A stretch of DNA of 54,872 nt, taken from assembly GCA_947455865.1 (NCBI GenBank), contig CANGQZ010000001.1:1-54872 (forward strand), given 5' to 3'. Below, in pieces: positions 42,658 through 51,376 of this stretch. Every line of letters begins with the position of its first letter. The first letter of the stretch is position 1. The notes below the pieces were generated by a model, which saw only the letters and a list, made by a program, of their open reading frames with translations, searched no databases and was not told the DNA's origin. A program made the translations under genes and the position numbers. The DNA comes from Sphingomonadaceae bacterium (GTDB lineage Bacteria; Pseudomonadota; Alphaproteobacteria; Sphingomonadales; Sphingomonadaceae).

Positions 42658-43410
42658 TCAGCTGCCGGCGTACCAGCCGCCGTCGATCCACAATTCGGCG
42701 CCGGTGACATAGCGGGCCTCGTCCGACGCCAGATACAGCGAGCCATTGGCGATATCCATCGGATCGCCAACCTGACCCATCGGGATTGACGCCTTGATCG
42801 CCGCATCCTGTTCGGGCGTGATATCGCCGAGGATCGGGGTGCGGATCTGGCCGGGGAAGATCGTGTTCACGCGAATGCCGCGTTTGGCAAATTCGAGCGC
42901 GGCGCCCTTGCTCATCACCCGGACCGCCGCCTTCGAGGCGTGATAGCTGATCGCATCTGCGCTGCCGATGAGGCCGTAGAGCGACGAGATGTTGACGATC
43001 GCAGCGTTACCCGATTTGAGCAATTCGGGAACGGCGGCCTTCATGCCGTAGAAGACGCCGGTTTGATTGACCGCGACCATCCGCGCCCAGCCGGCTTCGG
43101 ATTCGGTTTCGATCCCGCCCGGATGAAAGATGCCGGCATTGTTGACGAGCGTGGTGAGGCTGCCGAACGTCGCCACGGTGAGCGCGACTGCGCTGTGCCA
43201 GCTGGCCAGATCGGTCACGTCGAGCCGGGTGAAAGCGGCCTTGCCGCCGGCCGTGAGGATCCCGGCGACGACCTTGTGACCAAGCTCTTCCTGCAGATCT
43301 CCGATCATCACGCTCGCGCCTTCGCGGGCATAAACGATGGCCTGCGCTTCGCCGAGCCCGCTCGCGCCGCCAGAAATGAGCGCGACTTTGCCTGCCATTC
43401 GTTGGGCCAT
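42658..43410 (-). CDS. SDR oxidoreductase, LinX-like
   Basis: 250 aa; GKVALISGGASGLGEAQA, LTTLVNNAGIFHPGG, MVAVNQT, YHASK, IPMGQVGDPMDIANG. Confidence 0.85.
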   Translation of the reverse strand: MAQRMAGKVALISGGASGLGEAQAIVYAREGASVMIGDLQEELGHKVVAGILTAGGKAAFTRLDVTDLASWHSAVALTVATFGSLTTLVNNAGIFHPGGIETESEAGWARMVAVNQTGVFYGMKAAVPELLKSGNAAIVNISSLYGLIGSADAISYHASKAAVRVMSKGAALEFAKRGIRVNTIFPGQIRTPILGDITPEQDAAIKASIPMGQVGDPMDIANGSLYLASDEARYVTGAELWIDGGWYAGS

Positions 43411-43599
43411 CAGAACTCTCCTGCCAGGACTTATATTGTTAGGCGCGCAAAGCACCACAAACACTAGTTTGAGACAAGCAAAAATGTGAGTCGGCGGTGC
43501 CCGGAATCGATTGCTGCAGCTCTGCGAGCGCGCAGCATAATTTTAAATATATGATATTTAACATATTAAGTCTGGCACTGCGGATGCATCTGCAAATCC

Positions 43600-43620
43600 A
43601 CTTGCTAGCCCCGAGCAAGT
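43600..43620. promoter_or_regulatory. Candidate TetR operator in the divergent promoter
   Basis: Perfect inverted repeat ACTTGCT-N7-AGCAAGT; near-copy at 50154. Confidence 0.65.
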
Positions 43621-43770
43621 AAGATAGCAAATGTGCGTCGCCTCGGTTGGCCATGCTGCGCCCGTCAAAGCCACCGCCAGCGGTGTGCGGGATGGGGACG
43701 AGCGGTCAGGCAGCCAAGCGCACCACGCAATAATCATCCACGGCGTAACGCACGTGGGAAGGGGAGAGCT

Positions 43771-46050
43771 ATGTCGGATATTTCAGCAAAATTCGTGCGA
43801 GCCCTGCTGGTTGCCTCGGTTTCGGCAGCGGCCATGCTGGCCACGCAAGCGCAGGCCGAAGCCACCGATGCGACCACCGCTTCCGACGAGGGGCTGGAAG
43901 CGATCGTCGTTACCGCCCGTAAGCGGACGGAAAACCTGCAGACCGTCTCTGCCTCGATCAGCGCGCTCAGCACCGGCGAACTCGCCCGGCGCTTCGATTC
44001 GGACGTGCGCGACTTCGCCAATTCGTCGCCCAACGTGGTGATCGACGATACCCAGCAGGGCCCCGGCGGCGTCGCCGCGATCTACATCCGCGGCGTCGGC
44101 GTGGCTGACGTCGAAAAGTCGGTCGATCCGGCGGTCGGCGTGGTGATCGACGATATCTATCTCGGCCAGAGCTCGGGCAGCCTCCTGAAGGCGATCGACG
44201 TTGACCGGGTCGAAGTGCTGCGGGGGCCGCAAGGCACCACCTTCGGCCGCAACGCCACCGGCGGCGTGATCAATATCGCCCGTTCGCGCCCGACCCAGGA
44301 ACTGACCGGCAAGGTGCGCGGCACTTACAGCAGCTTCGACACGTTCGACCTGCAGGGCGTGGTCAGCTTCGGCCTCGCCAAGAACGTCGCGCTGAAAGTC
44401 AGCGGCGCGTACAACAGCACCGACGGTTATATCTACAACATCACCCAGCACCAGCCGGGCCAGAAATCGGACTTCCGCTCGATCGGCGCGCAGCTGCTGC
44501 TGACGCCGACGCCGGACCTCGAAGTCAGCGTCAGCTACGATCACCAGCTGACCCGGCAGGACCCGCCGCAGCTTTCGGCGCTGACCAAGCCGACCGACCT
44601 GTTCTGTTCGGGCTATGGCTATTGCTCGCCCTCGCCGGGCGTGCCGATCACCGGGGACCGCTATGTCAGCGCGGGCAATGCCCCGATAAACAAGAGCGCC
44701 CGCTTCAAGCTCGACATGGCGACCGGCAAGTTCAAGTATGATCTCGGCAGCGACTACCAGCTGCAATACATCTTCGGCTGGCTGCGTACCGACGAATCCA
44801 TCAATCAGGATTTCGACAGCACCCCCGAGACGCTTTACCACACCGACCGTCCGGCCCGTTGGCGCCAGATCACCAACGAGGTCCGGCTCTCCAAGGGCGG
44901 TTCCGGCCCGCTGACTTTCGTGGTTGGCGGCTATGCGTGGGATTCGAAGTACACGATCAACCTGAAGAACTACATCGGCTTCACCGCATTCGGACCGCTG
45001 ATCACTAGTGCGCAGGACGTGACCCAGACCACCAAATCCTATGCCGCGTTCTTCGAGGGTGACTACAAGATCACCGACAAGCTCAAGCTGACGGTCGGCG
45101 GCCGCTACACCCACGACAAGAAGACCTCGTTCGTCAACGACGGGACGATTTACATCTACGATACGCTGGTCGAGGCCGACCCGGTTGCGTCGGTCCCGCC
45201 GAGCCTTGAAGGCGGCAGCATCGTGATGACCAAGCCGGTCGAAAAGAGCTGGTCCAAGTTCACGCCCAAGGTGAGCCTGAGCTACAACTTCACCGACGAC
45301 GTGATGGGCTATGCGCTGTGGTCACGCGGGTATCGCGGCGGCGGCTTCAATGGCCGGCCGGCCACGCTCAGCGCGGCTTCGATCCCCTACAACCCCGAAA
45401 CGCTCGACAACTACGAGGTCGGCTTCAAGTCCCAATTCCTCAACAACAGGGTGCGGCTGAACGCGGCCGTCTACTTGATGAAGTACAAGGATCAGCAGCA
45501 GGATCTCGACGTGCCGGCCCCCGGCACCTCCACCGGCCGCGAAAACCGGACGATCAACGCCTCGAAGGCCGATCTGAAGGGGTTCGAAGTCGATCTGACC
45601 GCGCGGGTGGCCGAAGGGCTGACGCTGCGCGGCAACATTGGCTACCTCGATGCCAAGTACAAGAACTTCTTCGGCGACATCTACAGCACCGGCACGCCGG
45701 TGGATGCGACCTTCCTCAAGATCCGCCGCGCGCCGAAGTGGACTTACGATGTCGGCATCGCCTACGATCATGAGGTCGGCCCCGGTACGGTCTACCTCAA
45801 CTCGGAACTGCACTTCCTGGGCGAGCACGAGCTGACGTTCCTGAACAACCCGAACCTGCGCAACGGCAGCCAGTATCTGCTGGATGCCTCGATCAGCTAC
45901 AAGATCAACAAGACCATGATCAGCGTGTTCGGCAAGAACCTGATCGACGAAGACGGCTGGACGATCGGCTATGACGTTCAGGGCGTGTGGAGCTATGCTG
46001 CGCCGCGCCAGCCGCGTTCGTGGGGTGTGGCGATCACGCAGAACTTCTGA
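43771..46050 (+). CDS. TonB-dependent receptor
   Basis: Signal peptide (AQA), IVVTARKR, RVEVLRGPQGT.FGRNATGG, C-terminal F. Confidence 0.95.
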   Translation: MSDISAKFVRALLVASVSAAAMLATQAQAEATDATTASDEGLEAIVVTARKRTENLQTVSASISALSTGELARRFDSDVRDFANSSPNVVIDDTQQGPGGVAAIYIRGVGVADVEKSVDPAVGVVIDDIYLGQSSGSLLKAIDVDRVEVLRGPQGTTFGRNATGGVINIARSRPTQELTGKVRGTYSSFDTFDLQGVVSFGLAKNVALKVSGAYNSTDGYIYNITQHQPGQKSDFRSIGAQLLLTPTPDLEVSVSYDHQLTRQDPPQLSALTKPTDLFCSGYGYCSPSPGVPITGDRYVSAGNAPINKSARFKLDMATGKFKYDLGSDYQLQYIFGWLRTDESINQDFDSTPETLYHTDRPARWRQITNEVRLSKGGSGPLTFVVGGYAWDSKYTINLKNYIGFTAFGPLITSAQDVTQTTKSYAAFFEGDYKITDKLKLTVGGRYTHDKKTSFVNDGTIYIYDTLVEADPVASVPPSLEGGSIVMTKPVEKSWSKFTPKVSLSYNFTDDVMGYALWSRGYRGGGFNGRPATLSAASIPYNPETLDNYEVGFKSQFLNNRVRLNAAVYLMKYKDQQQDLDVPAPGTSTGRENRTINASKADLKGFEVDLTARVAEGLTLRGNIGYLDAKYKNFFGDIYSTGTPVDATFLKIRRAPKWTYDVGIAYDHEVGPGTVYLNSELHFLGEHELTFLNNPNLRNGSQYLLDASISYKINKTMISVFGKNLIDEDGWTIGYDVQGVWSYAAPRQPRSWGVAITQNF

Positions 46051-46061
46051 TCGGGGTAACA

Positions 46062-46808
46062 ATGGCGACGACGACAAACGACCCCATGGCCGCGTCGACC
46101 CGCCGCTGGATTGTTACGGGGGCATCGCGCGGCCTTGGCCGCGCGATAGCCGCCCGTGCGGCCAGTCAGGGTGACCGGGTGTGTCTGGTCGCCCGCAGCC
46201 CGGCGGTGACGGACGCCGCGGCGGAGATTGGCGGGGACACGTTCGGCCTTGCCGCCGACGTGACCTCAGCAGAGGACCTGCAGCGTATCGCCGCGACGGT
46301 GAGCGAGCGGTGGGGCGGGATTGACGTCCTGGTCAACAACGCCGGTCTGCACCGGGGAGGCAAGGTTGATGCCTTGGCCGTGGCAGACTGGGAGGCATCG
46401 CTCGCCACCAATCTTTCGGGGCCGCTCCACGCGGTCCGCGCAATATTGCCGCACATGGGGGCTGGCAGCACGATCGTGAATATCGGCGCGGTGGTCGGCT
46501 TTCGCGGCTTTCCCGGTGACAGTTGCTATGGCGCTTCGAAAGCGGGCCTTGCTGGCTTGACGCAAGTGTTGGCGACCGAACTGGCCAAGCAGCAGATACG
46601 GGTCAACATGGTCATCCCCGGCTTTGTGGCGACCGAGATGACGGCCGGTGTTTCCGAGCGCGCCCGCGCCAGCATCGTTGCCAAAATTCCGCTGCGGCGG
46701 ATGGGCACCGCTGAAGAAATCGCCGATGTCTGCTGGTGGGTCTCCGGCGCGACTTACATGACCGGCTCGGTGATCTTCACGGACGGGGGCCTGATGTGCA
46801 ATCTGTGA
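46062..46808 (+). CDS. SDR oxidoreductase (FabG/LvaD-like)
   Basis: TGASRGLG, NNAG, YGASKAG, PGFVATEMT. Confidence 0.9.
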   Translation: MATTTNDPMAASTRRWIVTGASRGLGRAIAARAASQGDRVCLVARSPAVTDAAAEIGGDTFGLAADVTSAEDLQRIAATVSERWGGIDVLVNNAGLHRGGKVDALAVADWEASLATNLSGPLHAVRAILPHMGAGSTIVNIGAVVGFRGFPGDSCYGASKAGLAGLTQVLATELAKQQIRVNMVIPGFVATEMTAGVSERARASIVAKIPLRRMGTAEEIADVCWWVSGATYMTGSVIFTDGGLMCNL

Positions 46809-47821
46809 ACGCCAACGGGCGCTTTGCAGAATGGTTGCAGGATGCCGCAGGGCTTGAGGATGTCCGGCTTGGCGCGCCGTTGTCAGGCGGCAATTCCAAC
46901 GTCACGCGGCTGATCGAAACACGGCAAGGCCGGTTCGTGCTGCGGCATCCGCCGGTTCACGTCGTGTCCGACAAGGCGGCGGCGGGGATCGCGCGCGAAT
47001 ATCGCGTGATCAAGGCACTGGCAGGCCGCGCACCGGTGCCGCGCGCGATCGCGTGGTGCGACGACGTGTCGGTGCTCGGGCAGCCGTTCGCTGTCACCGG
47101 GTGGATCGACGGGGTTGCCCTGAGCACGGAACTGCCCGCGACTTACCCCGCGACCACGGACACGATCGATCAGCTCGGGCTGGAAATGATGCGCGGTCTG
47201 GCCGCGGTTCATGCGGTCGACTGGCAGGAAATCCTGCCGGCTGATTTCGGGCGGCCCGAAACGTTTGTCGAACGCCAGATCGATCGCTGGGTGAGTGTGC
47301 GCGAGCAGAGCAAGGTGCGCGAGTTGCCGCTTCTTGGTGAGCTTGCTGGGTGGCTGCGCGAAAACCGGCCGAAGACTGCCCGGGCCAGCGTGATCCATTG
47401 CGATTTCCATCTCGATAACTGCCTTGTCGCGCGCGACCGGCCCGAATTGCGCGCCATTCTCGATTGGGAAATGGCGACCATCGGCGATCCGTTGATCGAT
47501 GTCGGGCTGTGCCTCTTCTTCTGGCGCCGCAACCCGGACCGGCCGCTGGGGTTTCCGGTGGTGCAGGCGCTGTCCAACCGGGCGGGCATGATCGCCCCGC
47601 AGCGGCTGGCGGATGAGTGGTCGCGGCTGACCGGCTTCGATCATGACGAGCTTGATTATTACATGGCCTTCATGGCTTGGCGGCTGGCGGCAATTGTCGA
47701 AGGGGCCTACATTCTCCATCGGCAGGGCAAGCAGGACACTCCTTACGCGCGCGGCTTGGAGCATGACGTGCCCAACCTGCTCCAGGAAGCGGCAGAGATC
47801 GTCGCGCGGAGGACAAGCTGA
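46805..47821 (+). CDS. APH-family phosphotransferase (ACAD10/11 kinase / LvaA-like)
   Basis: GGNSNVT, VLRHPP, REYRV, IHCDFHLDN, LDWEMATIGDPLID; GTG start overlaps the SDR stop. Confidence 0.85.
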   Translation: MNANGRFAEWLQDAAGLEDVRLGAPLSGGNSNVTRLIETRQGRFVLRHPPVHVVSDKAAAGIAREYRVIKALAGRAPVPRAIAWCDDVSVLGQPFAVTGWIDGVALSTELPATYPATTDTIDQLGLEMMRGLAAVHAVDWQEILPADFGRPETFVERQIDRWVSVREQSKVRELPLLGELAGWLRENRPKTARASVIHCDFHLDNCLVARDRPELRAILDWEMATIGDPLIDVGLCLFFWRRNPDRPLGFPVVQALSNRAGMIAPQRLADEWSRLTGFDHDELDYYMAFMAWRLAAIVEGAYILHRQGKQDTPYARGLEHDVPNLLQEAAEIVARRTS

Positions 47822-49473
47822 TGCTCGGCACGATGATGGACCAGCCGCTATCGACCCAGATGATCTTCGCCCGCGGCGAGCGGCTGTTTCCCCGAAGCTG
47901 CGTATCGCATTTCGACGGCGACACCCTCACGGCATGCTCATATGCCGAGATTGCCGCGCGCGCGCGGCGGCTTGCTGCGGCGCTGGCGGCGCTGGGGCTT
48001 AATCACGGCGACCGTGTCGGCACGTTCTGCTGGAACACGACCGAGCATCTCGAGGCCTATCTGGCGGTGCCCGCTATGGGCTATGTGTTGCATACACTCA
48101 ACGTGCGCTTGGCCGCCGAGCAACTGGTCTACATCATCGGGCATGGCGGTGACCGCGCCCTGTTCGTCGATGCCGACCTGCTCCCGCTGCTGACGCCGAT
48201 CCTGCCGCAACTTGCCGGGATTGAGCATCTTATAGTCTATGGCCCGCCGGCCGGGCCGATTCCCGGATTTTCCGGACAGATCCACGCTTATGAGGCGCTG
48301 CTGGACGGGCACGAACCGCTGGCGCAGTGGCCGCAGGTTGCCGAAACCGACGCGGCGGCGATGTGTTACACTTCGGGAACCACCGGCGCGCCCAAAGGCG
48401 TCGTCTATACGCACCGCTCGATCTTCCTGCACAGCATGGCCTCGATGATGGCCGATGCATTTGCCATTTCAGAGCGCGACTGCATTCTGATGGTGCCGGC
48501 GATGTTTCATGCCAATGCCTGGGGCATGCCCTTTTCCGGCTGGCTTGCTGGCAGCGACATGATCCTGCCGGGACGCTATCTCCAGCCCGACCGGTTGACC
48601 AAGGCGATCGCGCTGGGCCGGCCGACCCTGACGGCAGCGGTGCCGACCATCCTCAACGATCTGCTGCAGGCGCACGCCCGCACCCCGCTTGATCTCAGCT
48701 GCTTCCGCGCGATCATTGTCGGCGGATCGGCGGTCGCGCCGGCGCTGATCGAGCGGGTCAAGGCGGCCTGGGGCGTGGACGTGATACAGGGCTGGGGCAT
48801 GACCGAAACCAGCCCGCTGTGCGTGCTGTCGATCCCGCCGCGCGATGCGCAAGGGGCCGAAGTCGTGCGCTGGCGCGCGAAAAGCGGCCGGCCGGTGGCG
48901 GGCATGGAAGTGCGGATCGTGGACGATACCGGGCAGCGGTTGCCCGAAGACGGAGCGGCGGTTGGCCATCTCCAGCTGCGCGGGCCGTGGGTGGCGGGCG
49001 GATACTACCGCGAGCGCCCCGAAGATTCGCCGCTGACCGCCGATGGCTGGCTGCAGACCGGCGATGTCGGTTCGATCGATGAGCGGGGCTATGTACAGAT
49101 CACCGACCGGACCAAGGATCTGATCAAGTCGGGCGGTGAATGGATTTCGTCGGTCGATCTGGAAAACGCGTTGATCCGCGCGCCTGGCATCGTTGAAGTG
49201 GCGGTTGTCGCCGTGCCCGATCCGCGCTGGGAAGAGCGGCCGCTGGCGGTGCTGGCGCTGGCAGAGGGCCACACTGCGGACCTGCCGGCGCTGCGCAGCC
49301 AACTTTTGCGCGATTTTGCCCGTTTCATGATACCGGAATTCTGGGCTTGCGTGCCGACGCTGCCCAAGACCAGTGTGGGCAAGATCGACAAGAAGGCGAT
49401 CAGGGAACTGGTTGGCCAGGGCCACTTGCCGTTTGTAGTCGAGACTGGATTTAGGACCGGAGATCAAGATTGA
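47821..49473 (+). CDS. Acyl-CoA synthetase (medium/long-chain fatty acid-CoA ligase)
   Basis: YTSGTTGAPKG, GWGMTETSP, DRTKDLIKSGGEWISS, PKTSVGK. Confidence 0.93.
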   Translation: MLGTMMDQPLSTQMIFARGERLFPRSCVSHFDGDTLTACSYAEIAARARRLAAALAALGLNHGDRVGTFCWNTTEHLEAYLAVPAMGYVLHTLNVRLAAEQLVYIIGHGGDRALFVDADLLPLLTPILPQLAGIEHLIVYGPPAGPIPGFSGQIHAYEALLDGHEPLAQWPQVAETDAAAMCYTSGTTGAPKGVVYTHRSIFLHSMASMMADAFAISERDCILMVPAMFHANAWGMPFSGWLAGSDMILPGRYLQPDRLTKAIALGRPTLTAAVPTILNDLLQAHARTPLDLSCFRAIIVGGSAVAPALIERVKAAWGVDVIQGWGMTETSPLCVLSIPPRDAQGAEVVRWRAKSGRPVAGMEVRIVDDTGQRLPEDGAAVGHLQLRGPWVAGGYYRERPEDSPLTADGWLQTGDVGSIDERGYVQITDRTKDLIKSGGEWISSVDLENALIRAPGIVEVAVVAVPDPRWEERPLAVLALAEGHTADLPALRSQLLRDFARFMIPEFWACVPTLPKTSVGKIDKKAIRELVGQGHLPFVVETGFRTGDQD

Positions 49474-50111
49474 GCGCCACCCGTACCGCTGCCAGCCTTG
49501 CTGAGAAACCGCGCCTCACTCAGGCCGAACGCACTGCCCTTTCCGATGCGCGGATGTTCGAAACGGCGATGCAACTGATCGTCGAGTGCGGCACGCACAA
49601 TACGACGTTGAAGGAAATCGGCGAACGGGCCGGTTATAGCCGCGGCCTCGCCAGCAACCGCTTCGGTTCCAAAGAGGCGCTGTTCAGCCACATGGTGCGT
49701 GACTTCAACGAGCGCTGGGCAGCGCAGCTGCGCCGGTTCGTTGGCCTAAAGACCGGGTTGGAAGCGCTGGAGGGGGCGCTAGATTCGCTCGAGTATTTTC
49801 TGCTTAACCACACCGTCCAGATGAAGGCGATGTACATCTTGTGGTACGAATCCATCACCAGTTACGAAGTGGTCCGGCGCCGGCTGGCGGCCAATCATGT
49901 GGCCTATCGGCGGGATACCGAACGCTGGTTGCGGCAAGGCATCGAAGAAGGCACCGTGCGTGCCGGAATCGATCCAGCGTGCTTCGCCGTGGAGTTCAGC
50001 GCATTCATTTTTGGGTTGGTTTATCAATGGCTCGCGAACCCGCCGGCGATTGATCTGCACACCGTCCTGCAACATTATCGCCACACCACGCTGGAGCGTC
50101 TGGCAGCCTAG
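49470..50111 (+). CDS. TetR/AcrR family regulator
   Basis: TQAER..TTLKEIGERAGYSRGL..FGSKEAL HTH. Confidence 0.9.
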   Translation: MSATRTAASLAEKPRLTQAERTALSDARMFETAMQLIVECGTHNTTLKEIGERAGYSRGLASNRFGSKEALFSHMVRDFNERWAAQLRRFVGLKTGLEALEGALDSLEYFLLNHTVQMKAMYILWYESITSYEVVRRRLAANHVAYRRDTERWLRQGIEEGTVRAGIDPACFAVEFSAFIFGLVYQWLANPPAIDLHTVLQHYRHTTLERLAA

Positions 50112-50153
50112 GATTCGAGTGGAGTGCGGTCAGGCAATGGTCGCTGATAAAAT

Positions 50154-50174
50154 ACTTGCTAGTCAAAAGCAAAT
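50154..50174. promoter_or_regulatory. Second candidate TetR operator
   Basis: ACTTGCT-agtcaaa-AGCAAAT upstream of the LLM gene. Confidence 0.6.
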
Positions 50175-50251
50175 AAGTGACTGTGTCGAAAATGAGAGGG
50201 GAATTGAGTCGGGCTGCGCCCGCTTCGCCCCCGGACAAACAGGAGAGAGCA

Positions 50252-51349
50252 ATGGAAGTTGGTCTGCTGATGGTTTTCCAGAACTTCATGGATCAGACCA
50301 CTGATCGTGAAGCTTGGGACCGCGACATTCACCTGTGCAGCCTGGCCGAACCGCTGGGCTTCGATACGCTGGGCGCGGTTGAGCATCACTTTTCGAACTA
50401 TGCGATGTCGCCCGACAACATCCAGTTCCTCTCGTACATGGCGGCCAAGACCAACCGGATCAAGCTGATGACCGGCGCGGTGATCCTGCCCTGGCATGAG
50501 AACCCGATGCGCATTGTCGAGCGGATGATCGTGCTCGACTATCTCAGCAACGGGCGGGCGATGTTCGGCATCGGCCGCGGGCTGGCGCGCCGCGAATACG
50601 ATACCTTCGGGATCGACATGAACGAAGCGCGCGACCGCTTCGACGAGGCGGCCGAATGTGTGATGAGCGGCCTTGAAACCGGCGTGTGCGAGTGGGAAAC
50701 CAAGCACTTCAAGCAGGTCCGCACCGAAGTGCGCCCGCGTCCGCTCGAAAGCTTCCGCGACCGGTTCTTCTCGGTGGCGATGTCATCGGATTCGGTGCCG
50801 GTTTGCGCCAAGCTGGGCGCGCGGATGATGAGCTTCGCCCAGAAGCCGTGGGACCAGATGGCGCCGCACTTCGAATCCTATCGCGAGCTTTACCTGCAGC
50901 ACCACGGCGTCGCGCCGAAGCCGCCGATCTGCGTGGACTTCATGGCCTGTGACGAAAGCGCGGAGAGGGCCGAGGCGCTGGCCCGCAAGCACATGTCGAA
51001 CTACTACATCACGGTCATGGAACACTACGAAATGGCCAACGACCACTTCAAGAACATGAAGGGCTATGGCGATTACGCGAACAACGCGGAAATCCTCAAG
51101 GACCTTGGCATGGAAGTGGCGGGCAATGCCTTCGTCGACATCAACACCTGGGGCACGCCGCAGCAGATCCTCGACAAGCTGGACGCGCGGCGCAAGGCAA
51201 TCGGCGATTTCGACCTGACCGTCCAGATCAGCTACGGCGGGATGAACCCGGCAGACGCCGAGAGCAGCGTGCGGCTGTTCGCCGAGAAGGTGCTGCCCGA
51301 AGTGCAATCGTGGCAGCGCATGAGCGAACCGCTGGCGGTCGTCGGCTGA
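50252..51349 (+). CDS. LLM (luciferase-like) flavin-dependent oxidoreductase
   Basis: LAEPLGFD..VEHHF, ILPWH, GIGRG; RBS AGGAG. Confidence 0.9.
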   Translation: MEVGLLMVFQNFMDQTTDREAWDRDIHLCSLAEPLGFDTLGAVEHHFSNYAMSPDNIQFLSYMAAKTNRIKLMTGAVILPWHENPMRIVERMIVLDYLSNGRAMFGIGRGLARREYDTFGIDMNEARDRFDEAAECVMSGLETGVCEWETKHFKQVRTEVRPRPLESFRDRFFSVAMSSDSVPVCAKLGARMMSFAQKPWDQMAPHFESYRELYLQHHGVAPKPPICVDFMACDESAERAEALARKHMSNYYITVMEHYEMANDHFKNMKGYGDYANNAEILKDLGMEVAGNAFVDINTWGTPQQILDKLDARRKAIGDFDLTVQISYGGMNPADAESSVRLFAEKVLPEVQSWQRMSEPLAVVG

Positions 51350-51376
51350 ATTCGACACAGAGCGACGTAGCGGCCT

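Noticed and set aside
43504-43514. GAATCGATTGC as a fifth LacI operator
   Set aside because: Only a partial match to the 14-mer and in an unrelated locus; likely chance.
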